DNA of 64,000 nucleotides from Mobula hypostoma (lineage: Eukaryota). Below the pieces are notes generated by a model, which had not been told where the DNA came from, did no database searches, and saw nothing but the letters and a program-made list of their open reading frames with translations. The stretch is taken from the NCBI RefSeq assembly GCF_963921235.1, contig NC_086097.1, positions 67,830,001 to 67,894,000 on the forward strand, read 5' to 3'. A program made the translations under genes and the position numbers. This document shows positions 11,355 to 24,900 of the stretch, in pieces. The stretch's first letter is position 1; each line of letters begins with the position of its first letter.

Positions 11355-14300
11355 AGTTAATGGTTCTAAATGGTGCAGGAGGGAGGGCTTCAGATTTATA
11401 GATAATTGGGCAGTTTTTCAGGGAAGGTGGGACCTGATTCTGGTGAGACAGTTTACATCTGAACTGGAGGGGGACAAATATTCTTGCAGGTAGGTTTGTT
11501 AGAGAGGCTCCAGTTGATTTAAGCTAGATACAAGGGGGCAGGGGAACCAGAGTGCAGGAACAGATGTAGGGGAAAAGGAAGAAAAAGGAGATAGTAAAAT
11601 TGTTTGCACTGTCAGTGATAAACAGAGAGTAAGAGGTGAAAAATTTCTTAAATGCATTTATTTTAATGCTAGGAGCATTGTAAGAAAGGTGGATGAGCTT
11701 AGAGCATGGATTGATACCTGGAAGAATAATGTTGTAGCTATTAGTGAAACGTGGTTGCAGAAGGGGTGTGATTGGCAATTAAATATTCCTGGATTTCGTT
11801 GTTTCAGGTGTGATACAATGGGAGGGACAAGAGGGGGAGGTGTTGCATTGCTTGTCAGAGAAAATATTACAGCGGTGCTCTGGCAGGATAGATTAGAGGG
11901 CTCATCTAGGGAGGCTATTTGGGTGGAATTGAGGAATGGGAAATGTGTAGTAACACTTATAGGGGTGTATTATAGACCACCTAATGGGGATCAAGAATTG
12001 GAGGAGCAAATTTGTAAGGAGATAGCAGATATTTGTAGTATCTGCAGATATTTGTGTTGGGCACGTGGCCAAGTGGTTAAGGCGCTCGTCTCATTACCTC
12101 AAGGTTGCTAGTTTGAGCCTCAGCTGTGGCAGCGTGTTTGTGCCCTTGAGCAAGGCACTTAATCACACATTGCTCTAGTCTGTGCAAGGAGTGGCGCCCC
12201 ACACAGACTTCCAATCTGCGCCTTGTAAGGCATGAAAATGCCTGACGCAGGCCCCTCATGGTCTGAGTCGACATTCCCCCTGTAGTAAGCACAAGGTTGT
12301 CATTGTGGGAGATTTTAATTTTCCACACATAGACTGGGAAGCCCATACTGTAAAAGGGCTGGATGGTTTGGAGTTTGTAAAATGTGTGTAGGATAGTTTT
12401 TTGCAGTAATATATAGAGGTACCAACTAGAGAAGGGGCAGTGTTGGATCTCCTGTGAGGGAATGAGATAGGGCAAGTGACAGAGCTATGTGTTGGGGAGC
12501 ACTTCGGGTCCAATGCCATTAGTTTCAATATAATTATGGAGAAGGATAGGTCTGGACCCAGGGTTGAGATTTTTGATTGGAGAAAGGCTAACTTTAAGGA
12601 GATGCGAAAGGATTTAGAAGGAGTGGATTGGGACAAATTGTTTGATGGGAAGGATGTAATAGAGAAATGGAAGTCATTTAAAGGTGAAATTTTGAGGGTA
12701 CAGAATCTTTATGTTCCTGTTAGGTTGAAAGGAAAGGTTAAAAGTCTGAGGTTAAAGGTTAAAAATCGTTTTCAAGGGATATTGGAAACTTGGTTTGGAA
12801 AAAGAGAGATATCTACAATAAATATAGGCAGCATGGAGTAAATGAGGTGCTCGAGGAATATAAAGAATGTAAAAAGAATCTTAAGAAAGAAATTAGAAAA
12901 ACTAAAAGAAGATACGAGGTTGCTTTGGCAAGTAAGGTGAAAATAAATCCAAAGGGTTTCTACAGTTATATTAATAGCAAAAGGATAGTGAGGGATAAAA
13001 TTGGTCCCTTAGAGAGTCAGAGTGGACAGCTATGTGTGGAACCAAAAGAGATGGGGGAGATTTTGAAAAACTTATTTTCTTCGGTATTCACTAAGGAGAA
13101 GGATATTGAATTGTGTAAGCTAAGGGAAACAGGTAGGGAAGTTATGGAAACTATGATGATTAAAGAAGAGGAAGTATTGGCACTTTTAAGGAATATAAAA
13201 GCGGATAAGTCTCCGGGTCCTGACAAGATATTCCCTAGGACCTTGAGGGAAGTTAGTGTAGAAATAGCAGGGGCTCTGACAGAAATATTTCAATTGTCAT
13301 TGGAAACGGGGATGGTACCAGAGGATTGGTGTATTGCTCATGTGGTTCCATTGTTTAAAAAGGGTTCTAAGAGTAAACCTAGCAATTATCAGCCTGTGAG
13401 TTTGACGTCAGTGGTGGGTAAGTTAATGGAAAGTATTCTCAGAGATGGTATATATAATTATCTGGATAGACAGGGTCCGATTAGGAACAGTCAACATGGA
13501 TTTGTGCGCGGAAGGTCATGTTTGACAAATCTTATTGAATTTTTTGAAGGGGTTACTAGGAAAGTTGATGAGGGTAAAGTGGTGGATGTTGTCTATATAG
13601 ACTTCAGTAAGGCCTTTGACAAGGTTCCACATGGAAGGTTAGTTAGGAAGGTTCAATCGTTAGGTATTAATATTGAAGTAGTAAAATGGATTCAACAGTG
13701 GCAGGATGGGAGATGACAGGGAGTAGTGGTGGATAACTGTATCTCAGATTGGAGGCCGGTGACTAGTGGTGTGCCTTAGGGATCTGTACTGGGTCCAATG
13801 TTGTTTGTCATATACATTAATGATCTGGATGATGGGGTGGTAAATTGGATTAGTAAGTATGTTGATGATACTAAGCTAGGTGGAGTTGTGGATAATGAAG
13901 TAGGTTTTCAAAGCTTGCAGAGAGATTTAGGCCAGTTAGAAGACTAGGCTGAAAGATGGCAAATGGAGTTTAATGCTGATAAGTGTGAGGTGTGACATTT
14001 TGGTAGGACTAATCAAAATAGGACATACATGGTAAATGGTAGGGCATTGAAGAATGCAGTAGAGCAGAGTGATCTAGGAATAATGGTGCATAGTTCCCTG
14101 AAGGTGGAATCTCATGTGTGTAGGGTGGTGAAGAAAGCTTTTGGTATGCTGGCCTTTATAAATCAGAGCATTGAGTATAGGAGTTTGGATGTAATGTTAA
14201 AATTGTACAAGGCATTGGTAAGGCCAAATTTGGAGTATTGTGTACAGTTCTGGTCACCGAATTATAGGAAAGATGTCAACAAAATAGAGAGAGTACAGAA

Positions 14301-14791
14301 AGGATTTACTAGAACGTTACCTGGGTTTCATCACCTCAGTTTCAGAGAAAGGTTGAACAAGTTAGGTCTTTATTCTTTGGAGCATAGAAGGTTGAGGGGG
14401 GACTTGATAGAGGTATTTAAAATTATGAGAGGGATAGACAGACAGAGTTGACGTGGATAGGCTCTTTCCATTGAGAGTAGGGGAGATTCAAACAAGAGGA
14501 CATGAGTTGAGAGTTAGGGGGCAAAAGTTTAGGGGTAACACGGGGGGAACTTCTTTACTCAGAGAGTGGTAGCTGTGTGGAACGAGCTTCCAGTAGAAGT
14601 GGTAGAGGCAGGCTCGATATTGTCATTTAAAGTAAAATTGGATAGCTATATGGACAGGAAAGGAATGCAGGGTTATGGGCTGAGTGCAGGTCGGTGGGAC
14701 TAGGTGAGAGTAAGCATTCGGCATGGACTAGAAGGGCTGAGATGGCCTGTTTCTGTGCTGTAATTGTTATATGGTTTTATGGTTATATGGT
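11355..14791 (+). mobile_element. CR1 LINE (copy A), 5'-truncated in ORF1; ORF2 pseudogene
   Basis: ORF1 esterase C-terminus; EN motifs YFNARS, ISETWL, GGGVALL, YYRPP; RT motifs KSPGPD, SQHGF, DFSKAFD, YVDD; several stops and frameshifts; CR1 3' hairpin and (TATGGT)-type tail. Confidence 0.95.
12056..12280 (+). mobile_element. tRNA-derived SINE with CORE-like domain, inserted in the CR1-A endonuclease
   Basis: A-box TGGCCAAGTGG, B-box GTTTGAGCC, CORE-like TGTGCCCTTGAGCAAGGCACTTAA; TSD TGTAGTA at 12034-12040 and 12281-12287. Confidence 0.85.
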
Positions 14792-15330
14792 AAATGGAAG
14801 TACTGAGTAGCCGACAACACAACCCACCCCAAACAGCACAGGGATAGCTTCTGAAATCAGGCTTGGTGATTTATTGGCTCCAATGCAATAAATATCGAAC
14901 TTTTTTTCTGTTGCCTATTTAACAAGTTTACTAATGTAAACTAAAGCTAACTGAGACTACTTAAAATAAATTTGTACTTCTTGGTGAGAAGTATTCACTG
15001 TGGTTGGTGGTGGATTTAATCAGAATACCCTTGTATAGTATATAATATACAAGAAGCATAGACAATGTATATACTATTTCTTGATAAAATACAATTTTTC
15101 TCTGCATCCTCTAGTCATGTATGTTCTCTTGCTGATGTCCCATCCTCTCCTCTTTGTGCAGTTTATCCTACTCTGCACAGTCTCTGCTCATTTTACTGAT
15201 CATGCTCAATTTCAAATGAAATATCTAATAGAAAACAACAGGAATTCTGCAGATGCTGGAAATTCAAGCAACACACATAAAAGTTGCTGGTGAACGCAGC
15301 AGGCCAGGCAGCATCTCTAGGAAGAGGTGC

Positions 15331-15366
15331 AGTCAACGTTTCAGGCTGAGACCCTTCGTCAGGACT
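15331..15366 (-). ncRNA. Minimal type I hammerhead ribozyme in PLE pseudo-LTR (intact core, GUU site)
   Basis: Reverse strand AGTC-CTGACGA-AGG-GTCTCAG-CCT-GAAA-CG-TT-GACT; AGTC/GACT forms stem I, AGG/CCT stem II, palindromic ACGT stem III. Confidence 0.8.
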
Positions 15367-16217
15367 AACTGAAGGAAGAATGAGTAAGGGATTTGAAAGT
15401 TGGAGGGGGAGGGGGAGATCCAAAATGATAGGAGAAGACAGGAGGGGGAGGGATGGAGCCAAGAGCTGGACAGGTGATAGGCAAAAGGGGATACGAGAGG
15501 ATGCAGAAACGAGTTCGGTGGGGCAGGAGCAAGCTGAGACAATAGGTCGGCCAGGACAGGCAGGTTTGTGGATCTTGGGTAGGAGGTAGAAACGGGAAGT
15601 GCGAGGTGTGGGAACTATAAGGTTGGTAGCAGTGGATGGGAGATCCCCTGAGCAGATAAAGTCGGTGATGGTGTGGGAGACAATGGCCTGGTGCTCCTTA
15701 GTGAGGTCATGATCGAGGGGTAAATAAGAGGAGGTATCCGCGAGTTGTCGCTGTGCCTCGGCAAGGTAGAGGTCGGTACGCCAGACTACAACAGCATCCC
15801 CCTTATCGGCGGGTTTAATAATAAGGTTAGGATTAGTGCGGAGGGAGTGGAGAGCAGAGCGTTCCGAAGGAGTGAGGTTGGAATGGGGACAAGGTGCGGT
15901 GAAGTCGAGACGGTTGATGTCCCGTCGGCAGTTAGCAATAAAGAGATCCAGAGCAGGCAGAAGACCAGAGCGGGGTGTCCATGAAGAAGAGGAGGGTTGA
16001 AGACGGGAGAAGGGGTCATCGATGGGTGTGGAAGAGTCCTTGCCGAAGAAGTAGGCTCGGAGACGGAGATGGCGGAAGAAAAGTTCCGCATCATGGCGAA
16101 CACGGAACTCGCTGAGGTGTGGGCGAAGGGGGACAAAGGTGAGGCCCTTACTGAGGACAGAGCGCTCTGCCTCCGACAGTCGAAGGTCAGAGGGGATGGT
16201 AAAGACCCGGCACGGAT

Positions 16218-16638
16218 GAGAGCTGGGATCAGAGGGGGGAGGGGGGAGGCTGCGGGTGTCAATGGAGAGGGGAGGGTTGGGGTGAGAGGAAGATGGAGCC
16301 TCCGAGGGCCCAGGAGCTGACAGTGGGATCTGAAGGAGATGGGATTGCAGAGTATTGGTGGGGGAAGGGGAGACGGGAGTCACAATAGCAGCACATAAAG
16401 ACCCGGCCTGGAGTTCAAGGCTGGAATCTTGAGAGCTGGGATCAGAGGGGGGAGGGGGGAGGCTGGGGGTGTCAGTGGAGAGGGGAGGGTTGGGGTGAGA
16501 GGAAGATGGAGCCTCTGAGGGCCCAGGAGCTGACGGTGGGATCTGAGGGAGACGGAGTTGCAGAGTGGTGGTGGGGGAAGGGGAGACGGGAGTCACAATA
16601 GTAGCACATAAAGACCCAGCCTGGAGTTCAAGGCTGGA
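16218..16638 (-). repeat. 213-bp in-frame tandem duplication (Pro/Ser-rich) in the PLE ORF
   Basis: Units start at 16218 and 16431; both encode DSSLELQAGSLCA..PSAPGPSEAPSSSHPNPPLS..PPPPSDPSS. Confidence 0.9.
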
Positions 16639-16837
16639 GTCGCAGTTGGTGGTTGCGCAATCACTTCGAATGTGTCCATGGAACACATAATAGAAACCTC
16701 ACTCAAGGTAGCAAGTGGTCTTGCAGAAGCCTTGAAATTAGGATAAAATTATTCAGCATTTGTCATGTCACTTCAACAACTTGAATATTTGTAGAATGAT
16801 AGCAACATACAATATATAATGATGGTGTGATAAAATG

Positions 16838-17172
16838 ATTAAGTGGTTGAGGTACTGGACTTGTAAATGAAAAATCCAGAGTCCAGAGTCCAAATCTCAC
16901 TAAGGCAAATGGGGAATTTAAATTGCAAACAATCCAAAATTTTTTAAAATAGCCAGTCTGGGTAATTAATTATGAAATTTTGGATTGTCTTAAAAACACA
17001 CATGTCCATCAATGTCCTATGAGGGAGAAAGTCAAGTTTTGGACTTCATATGGCCCCAAAACTGTAGAAATAGGTTGACTCTTAACCATCCTTTGACGTT
17101 GTCTGGCAAACTAGTCTGTTCCAGAGCAAATAGACGTGGACAATAAATGCCAGCCTATCAAGTGACGCTCAT
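16838..17172 (+). mobile_element. Old tRNA-derived SINE with LINE-derived tail
   Basis: Decayed A/B boxes (AAGTGGTTGAGG..GAGTCCAAATCTCAC); tail GGACAATAAATGCCAGCCT..GTGACGCTCA resembles the 3' end of the LINE at 17545. Confidence 0.5.
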
Positions 17173-17544
17173 AGCTTAGAAAATAGCAACCAGCATGCCA
17201 TTGAAGCTCCCTGGCACTTGCACTGAGCGGCAGGATTTAGTGAGGCAGATGAATCATTCCTCTTTTTTTCCCCCTAGTGTTAAGAGAAGACAATAGTTGG
17301 CAGCATTATCTCTGCTTGATGTTATACTCTGACTAGTTCTAGCAGCATTAGCAAAGCACATGCCATATGATAACTGGCATTATTCACTCAGCAAATATGT
17401 AATCAAGAATCAGATACCATTTCAGTATTGAATTGAAAACAATGATGTCCAAAAGAACTCAACACAAAATTTTTATGTGAAGTGTTAGGTATCTTTATAA
17501 TAATGTATGAAAACATGTTTTCTTTCATTTTATATGCAAGGTAT

Positions 17545-18640
17545 TTGAGCATTGCAGGCTATGTTAGCATTTAACTGCTAATTACCCTTGAGAAGGTGGT
17601 GGCGAGTTGCCATCTTCAACTGCTACAGTCCTTGAGGTATGGGTATACCAACAATGATGCTAGGGAGAGAGTTTCAGGATTTTGACCCAGTGACAGTGAA
17701 GGAAGAGTGATATATTTCCTAGTCAAGATGGTGTGTGGCTTATAAGGCAACTTCCAGATGGTGTTCCCATGCTTTTGCTCTCTTGTCTTTCCATATTGTA
17801 GAAGTTATGAGTTTGGCAAGGGTAGTTAGTTACATCAGTGCATCCTGTAGAGGGCACAAAGTGCTGCTACAGTGCATCAGTGGTGGAGTGAATGAATAGT
17901 TGTGAATGGGGTGTCTATCCAGTGGGCTGCTGTGAACTGTATGGTGTCAAGTTTCTTGAGTGTTGTCAAAGCTGTACTCGTCCAGGAAGGTAGTGAGTAT
18001 TCCACCACTCTCCTGAATTATAGATGGTGGTTAGGTTTTGGGGAGTTAAGGATGCAAGTTACTTCTCGCAGGATTCCTAGCCCATGACCTGCTCTTGTAC
18101 CCACAATGTGTACATGACTATTCAGGTTCAATTTCTCGTCCAGTGTATCCCTTGTGGAGAGATTCAGCAATGTCTGTTTGGTAGCACAATCAATCATCCT
18201 TTCCAGCCCTTTGTTGATGATCAAGAGTTCACTGATTGGGGTAGTAATTGGTCAAGTTGGATTTGTTCTGCTTCTTGTAGACAGGACAGACCTGGGCAAT
18301 TTTCAACACTGCAGAGTACTTTTGTAGTTCTACTGTAACAGCTTGGCTGAAGGTGTGACAAGTTCTGGAGAACAAGTCTTCAGTACAACTGTTGAAATGT
18401 TTACAGGGCCCATCATCTTTGCTGTATCTAATGTCTTTAGCCATTTCTTGATATCACATGGAGCGAATTGAATTGGCTGAAGGTTGACAACCATCATGTC
18501 TGTGGATCACTGGAAGAGGCTGGGATGGATCATCCATTCAGCATCTCTGGCTGAAGGTCCTGGCAAATGCTTCAGGTTTCCATTTTGTGCTGATGTGCTG
18601 GGGTCCCCATTTGTTGAGAATAAGGATATTTGTGGAGCTA
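17545..18640 (-). mobile_element. Old CR1/L2-group LINE fragment (RT and 3' end)
   Basis: Minus-strand KIAQVCPVYKKQNKSNLTNYYP (RT N-terminus) and HSSFTVTGSKS*NSLP..QLKMATRHHLLKG (ORF2 C-terminus). Confidence 0.75.
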
Positions 18641-21600
18641 CTCATAACTGGATCTGACAGGAATATAGGTTCAACAAGTTGATTCCTCATTCCTATATAT
18701 AGGCAGTCCAATTCAAAGAAATACTACTTTCCAAGACACAAATTTGAGAGAGGAGTTAACCAGGAAATACAGGAGGAGAAAAAGCAGCATGATGGCCCAA
18801 AGGTTAGAAAAATAATCTCACACAAGGTATTATTGGCTGTTGTATATTTTGGATGACAATATACATTTGCAAAGGGACTAATTAGATACAGACACGGATA
18901 TGTCTTTTTTGACAGTACCTTCATTTACATGGTGGAGAACATATTTCTGATGTGGGATATGTTTGCTTTGGTTCCAGTTTTATGCCTTTGAAATATGTAA
19001 GTAGATGTCATTCCACTTATGTAACATAATTTTCAATGTACTAGATTTCGTAAATTGAAATTAGAATTCCACGAACAATGTAAACGAATCTCCTTGGATT
19101 TCAAACTGAGCTACTTAACTCGGGCATGAACTTTTAAACTGTAGAATTCCCAAGTGATGGAAATCAAATCTAAACTTAAATAAGCAATTTAAAATCCTCA
19201 GTATTTCAGACATTCGACTGATGCAATATAGCAGCTATATTCTGATTAGAATTTAAATATTACTGATACAACTATAGGAGAAAAATAGTGCATATTTAAT
19301 GTTCCATAGTTTGGGGAAGTAGGGACTGAAATTTGACTCCAGACCAATATGTGCACTGATTCCAAACATCCTCTAAAGGTGTCATTTTTATTTTACGGAG
19401 CAATTTCTATTAAAATATTCTATCAATAAATTGGAATATAACTTCTGATTTTGAAATTTACAGTGTACAAAATATAAACCCCAGAACTCTTCTGATGCTA
19501 GTGCTTCTCATAATCGCACTGAAGTGACAACAAAATATAGGATTGCGTATATTGATGAAAATAATTTATATGGTAATTTCTAGATTCAGCCAATTTGGCT
19601 TTTTTTTATTAACTATCCATAAAATGTTACTGTTGTAATACTGCAAATTGATTAAGAAACGATTATTACTCTAAGAAAGATTAAACATGCTAGTGCTATT
19701 GTTCTCTCTCAGTTCTGAACCTCTGTCACATTCTTCTCTGTCTGCGTATTGAAATCACTTATCTATAGCCGCTCAGTGTATCTGAATAAAGCTTGCTACA
19801 AGAACATCCTAGGCTTAAAACAATCAATAAACTCTCATTTTCCCTTAACAGTTTAATATTAATCTGAAGTATGGAGCAGAATCTTTAATGCACCATTACT
19901 GTCACTCTGGGCTCCTATAGAGTGGACTAGACCAAACAGAATGTGAGCACGATGTGAAAAAGAAACAAAAAGACAGGACACAGCAGGAGATCAGAGATGA
20001 TCTGTTAATGAAACTTCTGTGATACCTTCTGTTTTGATGAGTTCCTATAGTGATCAAATAGAATTATAAATAGCTTCTGTTGTTGTGGTCAATTTTCTAT
20101 CTATTGACATAATAAAAACAGACATGACACAATCATAGACCATAAATCTCCCTCTTCCCTGCTGCTGAGAATCAATGAGTCACTGAATGCTAACTTTGAA
20201 AAACAAATGAGTGAAAAGGAAATTTATTGAGCTAAAAATTTTCCATGATATAATGAGAAATTTCATTAATGGCTTGAAGTTCTTTTTGAAATGGTATTGA
20301 ATATCTCATAAATATTTCAAATAATCTCATGAAGGTCAAAGGCAGAATGTATATATACCAATAAACTTGACAAATTGCTTAGTCTATTTGCTAATATCAA
20401 TAACTATTCAAAGTACAGCATTATACCGAATTTCCAATCAGATATAACGGCCTACCTTTGCTCTTATTTTACATTGACTGTAACTGGACTCTCCTTTATC
20501 TATCTCATTATCCCTTCTTTGATATTACTCCATTTCCTGTAACTATATTTTCAATATAGATTTTTATAAATATTATTTATACATTAATAGTTTTTTATTG
20601 TTAGTGTTTTATCCACTAGACGAACAATAAGGAACAGAAATATCAGTGCACTTACTAAATCCATTCAGGTCTGCACACAAACATTACTTTTAACTTTGCA
20701 GGTACAGTATTAAAAAATGTAAGATTGAATGGACTTGCTGAAATGTGAGACATACTCAACTGATAACAGCATTCAAATTAGATAGCCATTAATTTGTGTA
20801 AAATGTAGTGTTTCAATGTCTATCAGGATTTAAAGCATTTGAATCTTGATGCATCAATGTATTAGAACAACTAACAATATTGGATCACTGCTACCTGATA
20901 ACTCAACTTAAGGACTTTCAGAAAGTCTTCATATAGTATGGACAGGAACTTTCATATTTTTATTAGAGAGTATAACAATTTAAGACACCAACAAAGGGTT
21001 AGTTGAATGTTTGGTTTTCACTCGTGGTAACATGGTTATGCACATTTGCATCAGAACTTAAATTGTTTAAATACCTAGACAGTGGCAATTTTACACTGTT
21101 CCTCAAATATGAAAGATACTGCATAGTTTGATGATGATTAATATAGTCTATCCATGTTTAAAGAAATATTAGTGAGGCTCACATGTACTCTATAGATCAG
21201 CATTACCTGTTGCAGGCTGCAGAAATCTGTCAAATTGAAACTATGCCATTAATCTGACTTAAACGTCTGCAGTGAAATGCAAGCAATGACTGGACAGATA
21301 CAGGAAGAAGCATTTTTAATAATGGCAATGAAGCCATGTAAAGATAAAAGAAGTTCTACTAATTTCACAAAGCCATTTGTCAAAATTAACTGTGTGAGGT
21401 TAGTGGACAAAATCAATTTTAATTTACAAAATTTCAAATCCATTTCTGTGCCCAAAGAGTTGACAATGGCCACATCTGAAAAGTGCTTTTTAAAAAATGG
21501 ATAAATAATGGATTTGCAATGTGAAGTAGTGATACTTCAAATGCCCAATGTAATAGTTAATCAAAGAAACTAGAATATAATGTATCAAATGGAAATCTAT

Positions 21601-21975
21601 CTCTGTTAACACTTCACAATTTCTGAATTGGAATTTCAATCTTACTGTAGCCCATTTCCAGAGGTACATACATTTAATATAGCTATGCCCTGTTGTTTGA
21701 ATGAATCTATGGCCTCGAGTTCCTTTCGTGAGCACAGCTGGGAAACGTGTCACCAAATTGGATTTAAATGAGGGTAGGAATAGGATGCTCTGGAGGAGGA
21801 ACAAGTGGCTGAGGAACTGGTGTAGGGGGCAGGGTTTCAGATTTCAGCATCATTGGGACCTCTTCTGGGGCAGGTGGGACCTGTACAAGAGAGACAGGTT
21901 ACACTTGAACCACAGGGGGACCAATATCCTTTCAGGGAGGTTTGTTAGTGCTATTGGGGAGGCTTTAAACTAGAT

Positions 21976-24900
21976 TTGCAGGGGGATGGGAACCAGAGTG
22001 CCAGAGCTGACAGTGTGGCTGGGGTGAAAATAAATGATGTTGAAAGTTTAAGCAAATCCGCTGATGGAAAGGTTGTGAGTGGTGGTAAAAATCTTCTGAG
22101 GTGTATATATTTCAATGCTAGGAGTATTGCGGGGAAGGCGGATGAGTTGAGGGCGTGGAGGGGATTATGATGTTGTAGCAATTAATGAAACTTGGCTACA
22201 GGAGGGGCAGGACTGACAGCTTAATATTCCAGGGTTCCAATGTTTCAGATGTGATCGAGGCAGAGGAATGAAAGGTGGGGGAGTAGCATTGCTTGTTAGG
22301 GAAAATATTACAGCAGTGCTCAGGCAGGACAGATTAGAGGGCTTGTCTACTGAGTCCTTATGGGTGGAGCTGAGAAACAGGAAAAGTATGGCCACATTAG
22401 TGGGATTGTATTACAGACCACCCAATAGTCAACGAGACTTGGAAGAGCAAATCTGCAGAGAGATAGCAGGCAACTGCAGGAAACATAAAGTTGTGGTGGT
22501 AGGGGATTTTAATTTTCCATACGTTGATTGGGACTCCCATACTGTTAGGGGTCTAGATGGTTTAGAGTTTGTAAAATGTGTTCAGGAAAGTTTTCCAAAT
22601 CAATATATAGAGGGACCAACTAGAGGGGATCCAATATTGGATCTCCTGTTCGGTAACGAATTAGGGCAAGTGACAGAAGTCTGTGTAGGGGAGCACTTTG
22701 GTTCCAGTGATCATAACACCATTAGTTTCAATTTGCTCATGGACAAGGATAGATCTGGTCCTAGGGTTGAGGTTCTGAACTGGAAGAAGGGCAAATTTGA
22801 AGAAATGAGAAAGGATCTAAAAAGCGTGGATTGGGACAGGTTGTTCTCTGGCAAAGATGTGATTGGTAGGTGGGAAGCCTTCAAAGGGGAAATTTTGAGA
22901 GTGCAGAGTTTGTATGTTCCTGTCAGGATTAAAGGCAAATTGAATAGGAATAAGGAACCTTGGTTCTCAAGGGATATTGCAATTCTGATAAAGAAGAAGA
23001 GGGAGTTGTATGAAATGTATAGGAAACAGGGAGTAAATCAGGTGCTTGAGGAGTATAAGAAGTGCAAGAAAATACTTAAGAAAGAAATCAGGAGGGCTAA
23101 AAGAAGACAAGAGGTTGCCTTGGCAGTCAAAGTGAAGGATAATCCAAGCAACATACATCAAAGTTGCTGGTGAATGCAGCAGGCCAAGCAGCATCTGTAG
23201 GAAGAGGTGCAGTCGACGTTTCAGGCCGAGACCCTTTGTCAGGACTAACTGAAGGAAGAGTGAGTAAGGGATTAGAAAGTTGGAGGGGGAGGGGGAGATC
23301 CAAAATGATAGGAGAAGACAGGAGGGGGAGGGATAGAGCCGAGAGTTGGACAGGTGATAGGCAAAAGGGGATACGAGAGGATCATGGGACAGGAGGTCCG
23401 GGAAGAAAGACAAGGAGGGGGGAGGTTGATAATCCAAAGAGCTTTTACAAGTATATTAAGAGCAAAAGGATTGTAAGGGATAAAATTGGTCCTCTTGAAG
23501 ATCAGAGTGGTCGGCTTTGTGTGGAACCAAAGGAAATGGGGGAGATCTTAAATAGGTTTTTTGCGTCTGTATTTACTAAGGAAGCTGGCATGAAATCTAT
23601 GGAATTGAGGGAATCAAGTAGTGAGACCATGGAAACTGTACAGATTGAAAAGGAGGAGGTGCTTGCTGTCTTGAGGAAAATTAAAGTGGATAAATCCCCG
23701 GGACCTGACAGAGTGTTCCCTCGGACCTTGAAGGAGACTAGTGTTGAAATTGCGGGGGCCCTGGCAGAAATATTTAAAATGTCGCTGTCTACGGGTGAAG
23801 TGCCGGAGGATTGGAGAGTGGCTCATGTTGTTCCGTTGTTTAAAAAACGATCGAAAAGTAATCCGGGAAATTATAGGCCGGTGAGTTTAACGTCAGTAGT
23901 AGGTAAGTTATTGGAGGGAGTACTAAGAGACAGAATCTACAAGCATTTGGATAGACAGGGGCTTATTAGGGAGAGTCAACATGGCTTTGTGCGTGGTAGG
24001 TCATGTTTGACCAATCTGTTGGAGTTTTTCGAGGAGGTTACCAGGAAAATGGATGAAGGGAAGGCAGTGGATATTGTCTACATGGACTTCAGTAAGGCCT
24101 TTGACAAGGTCCCGCATGGGAGGTTAGTTAGGAAAATTCAGTCGCTAGGTATACACGGAGAGGTGGTAAATTGGATTAGACATTGGCTTGATGGAAGAAG
24201 CCAGAGAGTGGTGGTAGAGAATTGCTTCTCTGAGTGGAGGCCTGTGACTAGTGGTGTGCCACAGGGATCAGTGCTGGGTCCATTGTTATTTGTCATCTAT
24301 ATCAATGATCTGGATGATAATGTGGTAAATTGGATCAGCAAGTTTACTGATGATACAAAGATTGGAGGTGTAGTAGACAGTGAGGAAGGTTTTCAGAGCC
24401 TGCAGAGGGACTTGGACCAGCTGGAAAAATGGGCTGAAAAATGGCAGATGGAGTTTAATACTGACAAGTGTGAGGTATTGCACGTTGGAAGGACAAACCA
24501 ACGTAGAACATACAGGGTTAATGGTAAGGCACTGAGGAGTGCAGTGGAACAGAGGGATCTGGGAATACAGATACAAAATTCCCTAAAAGTGTCGTCACAG
24601 GTAGATAGGGTCGCAAAGAGAGCTTTTGGTACATTGGCCTTCATTAATCGAAGTATTGAGTATAAGAGCTGGAATGTTATGATGAGGTTGTATAAGGCAT
24701 TGGTGAGGCCGAATCTAGAGTATTGTGTTCAGTTTTGGTCACCAAATTACAGGAAGGATATAAATAAGGTTGAAAGAGTGCAGAGAAGGTTTACAAGGAT
24801 GTTGCCCGGACTTGAGAAACTCAGTTACAGAGAAAGGTTGAATAGGTTAGGACTTTATTCCCTGGAGTGTAGAAGAATGAGGGGAGATTTGATAGAGGTA

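Larger units (their letters stand above)
15235..16687 (-). mobile_element. Penelope-like element, internally deleted (RT N-terminal half joined to the 3' end)
   Basis: ORF motifs VLSKGLTFVP, NLTPSERSALHSL, IIKPADKG, FYLLPKIHK..PGRPIVS are typical of PLE RT; deletion junction near 15502; TSD TAATAGAAA at 15226-15234 and 16688-16696. Confidence 0.92.

Noticed and set aside
12056..12130. tRNA gene
   Set aside because: tRNA-like head of a SINE with CORE-like body and TSD; no complete cloverleaf
1106..20396. 15-bp exact match GCTTAGTCTATTTGC at 1106 and 20377
   Set aside because: A few such matches are expected by chance in 64 kb of AT-rich DNA
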